NCBI GenBank assembly: GCA_947175245.1
Contig: CAMWLW010000001.1
Location: 36,144 to 100,143, forward strand
Source of the DNA: an uncultured Bacteroidales bacterium
Lineage (GTDB): Bacteria; Bacteroidota; Bacteroidia; Bacteroidales; Muribaculaceae
Reading direction: 5' to 3'
Length of the DNA: 64,000 nt
Position 1 is the stretch's first letter. Every line of letters starts with the position of its first letter. Shown piece after piece: positions 45,920 through 53,640 of this stretch. The notes under the pieces were generated by a model. That model did not search any database. It saw nothing but the letters and a program-made list of their open reading frames with translations, and was not told the DNA's origin. The translations under genes were made by a program, and so were the position numbers.

Positions 45920-47551
45920 TTATTTCTTGAAGAAGCCCATAGTCGATACAACGGCACGGTTGTAGGGCGACTGGGTACCGTCATTGTTCTCGATGACAGC
46001 CTTGTTGATGTGCTTGTCGCCGACCATCATGCCTGTTGAGCCGCCACCGTCAAAGTTGACTGCGTCAACACAACCGAGGCCCTTCATGATCTGAGCGAGC
46101 TCCAGGAGGGTAGCGCCACCCGACTGAGCCGTGCGGCCGTCACAGATGAATAGTATGATCTTGCCATCGGCGGTGCAGCCTGCAGCCGTGCGGTCGGGGC
46201 TAACGTTAGTACCGAAGATATCGTAGGCAATGATCTCGTAGTTGGTGAGGTAGCTGTCTACGTCAACAGTGCTGTTGGGAGTCATGGTGAAGTCGAAAGG
46301 AATCTTGCCGTCGATGAGGAGCAGCGGGCCGGCGCTCAGAGCAAACTTGGGAGTCCAGGCAGTAGGCTCGACGGGGAACTTGGCGCCAACCTTGCCATAC
46401 TTGTTCTTGCCGACTACACAGGGAGAGGGAGTGGTATAATATTTGGTCTTGCTGTCGCCATCGGTACCTGCCCAGAAAGCGCGGGGCTGGTCGGCAGCGT
46501 CAACACCGAAGATACCACGGGTAGCATAGTACATCTCGTTATACTCGGGGCTCGAAGTGAGCAGCGAGCCACGGACTTCATTAATCGAGCCCTCGTTCTT
46601 GCCGTTTACGACAGCCAGACCGGTGTGGCGCTCCTGGTAGAAGTAACCGCCGTTGACCATGATGTAGCAGTCGCCGTTGAATGAAGCAGCCTGGTCGTCA
46701 ATAGTCTGAGCCGAAGCAGGAACGTTCACGCGGAACTCGACATCGCTGTTCTTCACGTCGGCGATAGCATACCATGCCTCGAAGTTGTGGCCATTGAGCT
46801 TGGAGGTGGTGCTGTAAACCTCGATAGCCGAGGGGATGCCGGGTGTCGATACCTTTGTCCACTCGAGAGTGATAGCGGGATATTCTTTGGTCATCGATGC
46901 CTTATAAACGGGGCTGTAGTTGACGCCGCCATCAGTCTTGGCATAGGCACGCACACTATATTCAACGCCATACTCGAGAAGAGTGTTGGGAATAACCTGG
47001 AATACCTTGCCGTCATCGGCCTGCTTGGGGCCTGAGATATAGTAGCCGTCGACTGTGGGTGTACCGTCGGCGCTCCAGCAGAGACCCCACTCGGAAACCT
47101 TAGAGCTGTTGAGGACAGTGTAATTGCCATAGATGCAGTTTGTACCCGACTTGAGTTCATTTACCTGAACATTACCCATGCCGGCATAGCTCTCCATATC
47201 AAAGAGAACCGAGGTGAGACGAGACTGCTCCTTGGCGTTGACAGCCTTCACACCGATATAATATTTGTAGCCCTCGGCGAGGCTGGTGGTGGTAAACGAT
47301 GTCTCATTGGCAGCGACCTCGCCTATCTGCTTGAGGGTATTGGCAGGCTCGTCGGCGCGACGTGCCATGATTACATAACCGGTCTCGGCTGTGGCATTAT
47401 CGGTCCATGTAAGTTTGATCTCGTCGGCGCTCAGACGCTCAACAGCTACGTTGGAGGGAGACTGCATGTTGCTGATTACAGCGTCGAAGCCGTCAGAGCA
47501 AGCGGCCAATACGGCCAAACTCGTTGCTAATGTGATAATTGATTTCTTCAT
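45920..47551 (-). CDS. Phosphodiester glycosidase-family (NAGPA / uncovering-enzyme-like, former DUF2233) lipoprotein with an N-terminal FN3-like domain
   Basis: Lipobox LAACSDGFD. FN3-like N-terminus (LSADEIKLTWTDNATAETGYVIMAR). C-terminal IMVNGGYFY ... GLAVVNGK ... ATRGIFGVD ... SAGPLLLIDGK ... RTAAGCTADGKIILFICDGR ... GATLLELAQIMKGLGCVDAVNFDGGGST fits the phosphodiester glycosidase domain. Confidence 0.75.
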   Translation of the reverse strand: MKKSIITLATSLAVLAACSDGFDAVISNMQSPSNVAVERLSADEIKLTWTDNATAETGYVIMARRADEPANTLKQIGEVAANETSFTTTSLAEGYKYYIGVKAVNAKEQSRLTSVLFDMESYAGMGNVQVNELKSGTNCIYGNYTVLNSSKVSEWGLCWSADGTPTVDGYYISGPKQADDGKVFQVIPNTLLEYGVEYSVRAYAKTDGGVNYSPVYKASMTKEYPAITLEWTKVSTPGIPSAIEVYSTTSKLNGHNFEAWYAIADVKNSDVEFRVNVPASAQTIDDQAASFNGDCYIMVNGGYFYQERHTGLAVVNGKNEGSINEVRGSLLTSSPEYNEMYYATRGIFGVDAADQPRAFWAGTDGDSKTKYYTTPSPCVVGKNKYGKVGAKFPVEPTAWTPKFALSAGPLLLIDGKIPFDFTMTPNSTVDVDSYLTNYEIIAYDIFGTNVSPDRTAAGCTADGKIILFICDGRTAQSGGATLLELAQIMKGLGCVDAVNFDGGGSTGMMVGDKHINKAVIENNDGTQSPYNRAVVSTMGFFKK

Positions 47552-47630
47552 GTTAACTTATTTTAAGGGTTTTACTCTATCTTGTTGTATTTAAGCGTCA
47601 ATTACCTCTCACAGTGTTAAAAAGTATTGA

Positions 47631-47660
47631 CAAATATATTGAAATTAATTGATTATCAAA
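47631..47660 (-). promoter_or_regulatory. Candidate internal promoter (TTTG-N18-TATATTTG) ahead of the NAGPA-like/DUF4855/GH20 sub-operon
   Basis: The plus strand has caaatata at 47631-47638 and caaa at 47657-47660, which on the minus strand is TTTG, an 18-nt spacer, then TATATTTG. It lies about 80 nt upstream of the ATG at 47551. Confidence 0.45.
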
Positions 47661-47690
47661 AATATTTAGCGTAAAATTTCATTAAACAGC

Positions 47691-49721
47691 TCAGATTGCC
47701 TTCTTGGCGGCATCAAAAGCCTTTACTTTGATTGATTTTCCGTCGGGCAGAGTTACCTTGCGGTCGGTATCGCTCATGTTGGCTACAATGTAGAATCGCT
47801 TGCCCTTGACATCGGTCCACTCGGCACCCATTACCACGGGAGTAGGCTGATAGTTGGGGACATCGAACGTGGGATTATCGCCGCCGGGAGTAAACTCGGC
47901 CATGAAACGGCCACCGAAGAAGATATCATGGTTGTCCTTGCGGAACTTGGCCAGATTCTTGAGCATCAGAGCCTCGTTGCGGTTGGCCTCGTTCATGAGC
48001 AGCTTAGGCTCGACCCAGCCGAGCTGAGAACCCCACAGGAGTGACTTCATGGTCATGTAACGCAGTGAGCCGTCGTTGATTTTCCAGGGCACGTAGGTAA
48101 AGCCGCTGTAGACACAACGGTCGCTGTAGATAAGGGGGAAGAGGGGCACCATGCGCATATAGCTGACGTGGGGCGAATTGACCACGAGCATCATGTCAAA
48201 GAGGTCGATGTAGGGCTCGGCATTCTCCTCGGTTGTCATGGCCTGGTCGGGGGTATAGAACGACTCGCGCATGTCGGTGAGCACCTTGCGGTAGGCCTCG
48301 GGCCACCATGAGCCGCCGCCCTTTCCGTGACCGTGATTGTCGGCATAACAGGGCTCGGCCGCGGCACAGCCTATCTGATCCATGTACACGCCGTCGGTGC
48401 CGAGGCTGTCGAGAATGTGACGGTTGAGGTAGTGGAGCTTATCCTGCCACAATTGGCTCGCGGGACATGTGACGGTATTGAGCACCTTGGAACTGTAGAC
48501 CTCGGTGTAGAGAGTTCCGTCGGGTTTGCGGCACGATGCCTCCTTGGCGTTCTCGGCCTTATAGCTGGCGGTGGCGGGATCCCACAGGCGGCCGTTGATA
48601 TAAGGTGTTACATGAGCACCCATCTGCTGAGCCTCGGCAATCATCTCCTTGAAGTCGGGCTTGGCGGGGAAATACTCGGGATAGTGGGTATCGAAAGGAT
48701 AATTGTGCCAATAATACCAGTGGAGGCCTACACCCTTGCCATAATACTTGAGGGCCTCGCGCACGGCAGCCATCGTGGCCTCGTCGACATCACCGGGACG
48801 CAGCCACATGTCGGCATGCTCGACCCAGGGGGCGATGTGACGGTCGCGTACGTTCTTTGCAGCCCACTTGGTGTCAAGCACCCAGGGGCGATACCACTCG
48901 AGGGCTGTCTGCTGCCAGCCGGCAGGGTTATAACCGGCCTCGACTGCATAGGGAAGGCTGAACTTACCGCCCTTGCTCCAGTCATAGTTGGCTGTGACTT
49001 CCTGCTGGAATGTCACGTTGTCGCCTTCCATCTTCATGCGCATCACCTTGTTACCGCCATCGGCATCACGGGGTGCGAAGAATACGGTGCCCTCGTTGCC
49101 GGCAGGGTCGTGCATCATCATGAGCTGCATCGAGCCGGTCACCGAGGGGTAGCGGGTCTGGAGCTGTCCCTCGCGGCTGAGGTTGTACTCACAGCCATAG
49201 GCTATGGGCATGATGGCTTTGCCGCCCTTGATCTGCTTGAATGTGATGCGCGGGAACTCGACATCGGTAATCACCCAGTCCTCGGGCAGCGAGGCGTCGA
49301 TGTAGAACGACGGCATGGCGGCATCATCGGCAAGAGCCACAGTCACGGTCACGGGCCAACGGGGGGTATCGTCGAGCACCATGTCCCAGGTGGCCTTTAC
49401 GGCCGGCACACCGTCACGGTCGGTTATCTCGGTACCGCGGTACACGCCCCACTGGGGACGCAGCTGGGGATTCTCGCCTACCGGGCCACGGTAAGTGAGC
49501 TGCCAGGGATAGGTAGTCGAGCCATTGGCAGGCAGTAAGTTCTTGCCCGACATATTGAATTCCTTGAACTGAAAATCATTTCCACCGCCAAATGTTAGAG
49601 AGGCGTTCTCGTTGGCCAGGACAATGTCGCCTGCCGCGGTGCGGCTCGCGGTTGTCTTGGCTTCGGCCGCAAAGGAGAGAGCGGCAATAAGCAATGAAGC
49701 TACAATCGGTGATTTTGTCAT
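47691..49721 (-). CDS. Uncharacterised secreted 676-aa protein, glycosidase-like (TIM-barrel suspected)
   Basis: Signal peptide MTKSPIVASLLIAALSFAAEA. Central region GLHWYYWHNYPFDTHYPEYFP ... HVTPYINGRLWD ... GVYMDQIG ... TTEENAEPY has the alternating hydrophobic-strand/acidic-residue look of a (beta/alpha)8 glycosidase. It resembles what I recall as DUF6259-type proteins, which I cannot verify here. Confidence 0.45.
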   Translation of the reverse strand: MTKSPIVASLLIAALSFAAEAKTTASRTAAGDIVLANENASLTFGGGNDFQFKEFNMSGKNLLPANGSTTYPWQLTYRGPVGENPQLRPQWGVYRGTEITDRDGVPAVKATWDMVLDDTPRWPVTVTVALADDAAMPSFYIDASLPEDWVITDVEFPRITFKQIKGGKAIMPIAYGCEYNLSREGQLQTRYPSVTGSMQLMMMHDPAGNEGTVFFAPRDADGGNKVMRMKMEGDNVTFQQEVTANYDWSKGGKFSLPYAVEAGYNPAGWQQTALEWYRPWVLDTKWAAKNVRDRHIAPWVEHADMWLRPGDVDEATMAAVREALKYYGKGVGLHWYYWHNYPFDTHYPEYFPAKPDFKEMIAEAQQMGAHVTPYINGRLWDPATASYKAENAKEASCRKPDGTLYTEVYSSKVLNTVTCPASQLWQDKLHYLNRHILDSLGTDGVYMDQIGCAAAEPCYADNHGHGKGGGSWWPEAYRKVLTDMRESFYTPDQAMTTEENAEPYIDLFDMMLVVNSPHVSYMRMVPLFPLIYSDRCVYSGFTYVPWKINDGSLRYMTMKSLLWGSQLGWVEPKLLMNEANRNEALMLKNLAKFRKDNHDIFFGGRFMAEFTPGGDNPTFDVPNYQPTPVVMGAEWTDVKGKRFYIVANMSDTDRKVTLPDGKSIKVKAFDAAKKAI

Positions 49722-49731
49722 CTCGTTATAC

Positions 49732-51975
49732 TTATTGTTTTGATATTTGTGATTCTTGTTGATTGGTCAGGACGTCGAGAAACCAGTCTCGGGCCTCATC
49801 ATGAGGCAGGGCCACGTTGAGCACCCGACGCTCGGACGCCGGGAGCACGGCACGCCCGTTCTTGTCGCGGCGTGTCTTTAAGCGTTTGCCGTCAAATGTA
49901 AACAGCTCGACTGCAGGCGAACCGGCAGGCAGTGTCACGGTCGACTCGCCGTTGCCGTTCCAGTATATTACAGCGGTGTGAGTATCGTCGACAGGATAGG
50001 TGAACGCGCGCACGGGCATCGTGGCATTGAGCGAGTCGGCTGTGAGCTGCGATACCTGATGCACCTCGACATGGCCGCCGCGGCGCGGCATTATAGTCCA
50101 CTCGGTGTCGGGGTCACGCATGGCGAGTTTCAGGCTGTCGGGGATGGTATGTGCAAGTTTGGCCGTCTCCCACAGGTTGATAGCCTGCAGGTTATCGGGT
50201 GTGCGTGGATGACGCTCGAGGTCGGGCATATTGGCTACGAGCGATATGGGCGAGTTCCAGGCGAGGGCCTTAGAGCAGATATAGTCGTACATGTCGGGCT
50301 GCATGCCTATGGTCTTTTCGCTCGGGGCGAGATAGTTGACCCACCCGAAGTTGACCGATGTGAAGTCGCATGCTACCTGGCGGGCACATCTCAGTGTGTA
50401 ACGTTTCATGGCCGGGCGTATGCGCTCGGGAGGGAAGATGTCGAACGCATTACCGCGCGAGAGTATGTGCCAGCCGTAGTGTGACTTCTGGGCGCCCTCC
50501 GACCACATCGGCTCGGGCTTCATGGCATTGAACACCTCGAGCTGAGAGCGCGATACATTATACCAATAGGGCATAGGAATATCCTCGGCACCGTCAAAGT
50601 AGACGAACCTGAAGCCACAATCGGCATAGATCTTGCCGAGTCGCTCGGCTATCTCGCGCTGTATGCCGCTGTTCTGATCGATGCGTATGAACAAGGGCCA
50701 GTCGTCGACATCAAGGTGACGTGCCTCTGACGAGGCGGCATGGGCCGAAGGCTTGGAGTTGTAGCAGCCGCGCTGACAGCCGGTGAATGTGTAAGGAGCG
50801 GTCTTGGTAACGTCGGTGAACATGATGAGCTCGTCGTCGAGCTGCAACAGGCGGCGTCCTTTCTCCATCCTCACGCCCTCGGGGCACTCCTCGACAGTGA
50901 TGACGGTGGCAGCCTCATCGATAGGCTCGGAGAGGGTGAAACGTGCCACGACATTGCCGCGGCGGTCGGGGGTACCGTCATTGATATAGGGGTCGGTGAC
51001 GGCTATCTTGGAATAGTGTATGTGTATGCCGGGAATCATACCGGCCTCGGTAATCTTGCGGGTAATCTCCTGGAGGTCGGCCATGCCGCGCGGATATTCG
51101 GGACGCCAGTCGTAGTGACCGCATGCCTTGGCAAAGTCAAAATAGTACACCACCATAGTCTTGAGACCGGCCTGACGGGCAAGCTCGATGTTGCGGTCGA
51201 TGTTGTCGACTGTGACATCGCGCAGCTCGTAGTAGCTCATCGGATACTCGGCGCGGCGGCGGCTCTCGACGCCACGGGGCATGTCATAGTCGCGCTCGAG
51301 CACGTCGATGCGGTCGAGCAGGCTGTCGGGCCGGGTCACCATAAGCGCGGCGCCCGAGTCAAAGAGCTTCACGGCGGTGTGAGTGGCGGCGAGCAAGGTG
51401 GTGTTGTCGCGCTCCACACGCGAGTCGATATAGGTGGTGGGATGGGTGCCGACGAGAGCTACAGCCACATCGTCGTCCCACATGACGTTGAGCCACTCGC
51501 CAAACCGCTCGAGCTTCTTGAGCGGCAACTGCATGATGGTGAGCTCATCGAGCTCGGTCTTGCGTTTGACGCCATAGTCCTCGATGCGGTAATCACGGTC
51601 GACGGGGGTGAAAGCGATATAGTCGGGAGTGATGTCGACCTTGATTTTGACGATGTCGTATGTATCGGTGAACTCGACGCACAGCGTGTCGCCCGACATA
51701 TAACATTTATTGGACGGGAACGAACGCGGTTTGGCCGGGAACATCAGGAAGTTCTCGTTATCGTATGGGCGGTACTGGGTAATCACACATACGGGAGCAT
51801 CGACCCCGGGCTGCAGACACTCACGGCCGGTGGATTTCTGCACAAGGCTTTTAACCATGCCGTCGTCGCCCACGGTGAGCGCCATCTCGTCGTTCTGCAA
51901 CACGACATCGGCAACTGCCGGCAGTGTCATTACTGCCGACAGCACCGGGGTCAATATATATTTACCAATATTCAT
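49732..51975 (-). CDS. Uncharacterised secreted ~747-aa protein, possible TIM-barrel glycosidase-like fold
   Basis: The ORF track start at 51990 is TTG; the ATG at 51973-51975 gives MNIGKYILTPVLSAVMTLPAVA. Strand-like blocks LKTMVVYYFDF, IPGIHIHYS, FRFVYFDGAED, GWHILSRGNAFD. I recognised no named family. Confidence 0.4.
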   Translation of the reverse strand: MNIGKYILTPVLSAVMTLPAVADVVLQNDEMALTVGDDGMVKSLVQKSTGRECLQPGVDAPVCVITQYRPYDNENFLMFPAKPRSFPSNKCYMSGDTLCVEFTDTYDIVKIKVDITPDYIAFTPVDRDYRIEDYGVKRKTELDELTIMQLPLKKLERFGEWLNVMWDDDVAVALVGTHPTTYIDSRVERDNTTLLAATHTAVKLFDSGAALMVTRPDSLLDRIDVLERDYDMPRGVESRRRAEYPMSYYELRDVTVDNIDRNIELARQAGLKTMVVYYFDFAKACGHYDWRPEYPRGMADLQEITRKITEAGMIPGIHIHYSKIAVTDPYINDGTPDRRGNVVARFTLSEPIDEAATVITVEECPEGVRMEKGRRLLQLDDELIMFTDVTKTAPYTFTGCQRGCYNSKPSAHAASSEARHLDVDDWPLFIRIDQNSGIQREIAERLGKIYADCGFRFVYFDGAEDIPMPYWYNVSRSQLEVFNAMKPEPMWSEGAQKSHYGWHILSRGNAFDIFPPERIRPAMKRYTLRCARQVACDFTSVNFGWVNYLAPSEKTIGMQPDMYDYICSKALAWNSPISLVANMPDLERHPRTPDNLQAINLWETAKLAHTIPDSLKLAMRDPDTEWTIMPRRGGHVEVHQVSQLTADSLNATMPVRAFTYPVDDTHTAVIYWNGNGESTVTLPAGSPAVELFTFDGKRLKTRRDKNGRAVLPASERRVLNVALPHDEARDWFLDVLTNQQESQISKQ

Positions 51976-52006
51976 TAATTCTGTTGTCAATATATATCAA
52001 AATCAA

Positions 52007-53626
52007 CTAATCACGATACTCGGTCTCGCTCTCACGGGTTTTCTTTTTGATCACCGGGCCGGCGGGTTCGGGATGATGTGCCGCATCGCGGTGGTCGAAG
52101 TAATAAATGCCGAGACTGTCAAACAGCCTGTAGGCGTCGCCGAGGCGATTTTCAAACGAGGCGTAGTCCTTATTGGCCGGCAGAGTCCATGCAGCCTCGG
52201 AGAGTGCACACAGGCGGGGCCATGTCATGAACTCGACGCGGTCGCTGTTGTGCATCAGCTCGCTCCAGGCATTGGCCTGCATGCCCGACACATGCTTTTG
52301 CATGTCGGGGGTAACGCCTATCGATTCAAACCACGGGTCGGGAAAGGCATAGACGTCCTCGAGGGGGCAGAAGCCGTCCCAGATACGGCCCACCGAGTGG
52401 GTGTCGTGCTGGACGAAGTCGAAGTAGAGCGGTTTGCGGGGACACATCACGGTGGTGTAACCGGCCGAGAGCGAGCGTGTCAGATACTGAGGCTTGTCGT
52501 GACGCCACCACATGATGTTGGTCGACTTGTCGACATCGAGGTCAATAAGCTCGTCCCAGCCAAGCAGGGTCTTGCCAAGATGTGCCACCTCGGCTATCAT
52601 GCGGTTCATGAAATAGCGCTCACACTGCTTCACGTTGGTGAAGCCCTCGCGATCCATCAGAGCCTTGACATCGGGGTCGACTTTCCAGGCATTGATGCCA
52701 TAGGCCACCTCGTCACCGCCTATGTGGATATAGGGGCCGGGGAAAAGCCCGGCAATCTCGGCGAGAATGTCGCTTAGGAAGGTGTAGGTTCCCTCCTTGC
52801 CGGGATTGAATGTAAAATCGGGGAAAATGCCCTCACCGCCGCCGTTGAACTCGGGGTAGGCACGGTTGGCGGCCGTAGCGTGGCCGGGCATGTCAATCTC
52901 GGGGATAATCATAACGTGACGGCGCGCCGCATAGTCAACGATGTCGCGTATCTCGTCCTGTGTGTAGTAGGCACAGGGCGAGTCGGGGTCGCTGTGTGAG
53001 CCGATGCCGCCTACGGTAGCGAGCAACGGGTATTTCTTAATCTCCACACGCCAGCCCTGGGCATCGGTCAGGTGCCAGTGGAAGCGATTGAGCTTGTAAT
53101 AGGCCATCAGGTCGATGAACTTCTTGACACTCTCGACGCCTGTAAAATGGCGTGCATCGTCGCGCATGAAACCGCGCCAGGCATAACGGGGCGCGTCGGT
53201 CACGGTCACACACGGCAGCTGCTCACAGTTGCCGACGAGTTGCAGGAGTGTCTGGACGCCGTAGAACGCGCCGGCAGCCTCGCGGGCACTGATCACGATG
53301 CGGTCACGGCCTATCTCGAGGCGATAACCCTCGGGCTCGGCTATGGCATTGTCGGCAGCGAGCACGATACCGCGTTTGGCCTTGCCGGCAACGTCGACCT
53401 CGACAATCTTACCGGCAGCCGCAAGTTTCTCGGCCAGGAAAGCGCCCTCTGACGCAAATGCCGGGTCGGTCACCGTGATATCGAAACCGTTCTTTTCATT
53501 ATAGAAGCCCTTTGACTCCTTCACATCGGCAGGATAGGGTATCACAGGCAGCCTGTCGGCGCTCGCCGTGCCACACACGGCAATCAGAAATGTCAGAAAA
53601 AATATAATGCGATTCATCATGGTCAT
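52007..53626 (-). CDS. GH20 beta-N-acetylhexosaminidase
   Basis: AWRGFMRDDARHFT. NRFHWHLTDAQGWRVEI. IIPEIDMPGH. YIHIGGDEV. 539 aa with a signal peptide. Confidence 0.9.
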   Translation of the reverse strand: MTMMNRIIFFLTFLIAVCGTASADRLPVIPYPADVKESKGFYNEKNGFDITVTDPAFASEGAFLAEKLAAAGKIVEVDVAGKAKRGIVLAADNAIAEPEGYRLEIGRDRIVISAREAAGAFYGVQTLLQLVGNCEQLPCVTVTDAPRYAWRGFMRDDARHFTGVESVKKFIDLMAYYKLNRFHWHLTDAQGWRVEIKKYPLLATVGGIGSHSDPDSPCAYYTQDEIRDIVDYAARRHVMIIPEIDMPGHATAANRAYPEFNGGGEGIFPDFTFNPGKEGTYTFLSDILAEIAGLFPGPYIHIGGDEVAYGINAWKVDPDVKALMDREGFTNVKQCERYFMNRMIAEVAHLGKTLLGWDELIDLDVDKSTNIMWWRHDKPQYLTRSLSAGYTTVMCPRKPLYFDFVQHDTHSVGRIWDGFCPLEDVYAFPDPWFESIGVTPDMQKHVSGMQANAWSELMHNSDRVEFMTWPRLCALSEAAWTLPANKDYASFENRLGDAYRLFDSLGIYYFDHRDAAHHPEPAGPVIKKKTRESETEYRD

Positions 53627-53640
53627 TGTGTCTTAAATTG

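Noticed and set aside
48327-49538. Very long antisense ORFs in the six-frame track. Examples: 48327..49538 + (403 aa), 50740..51978 + (412 aa), 57834..59216 + (460 aa), 33370..34479 + (369 aa), 24862..25830 + (322 aa), 1987..2907 + (306 aa), 10967..11737 + (256 aa).
   Set aside because: Each lies entirely opposite a gene with clear family motifs. Their translations are Arg/Gly/Val/His/Ala-rich low-information sequences, typical of shadow frames in GC-rich coding DNA. None has a promoter, signal peptide or recognisable motif.
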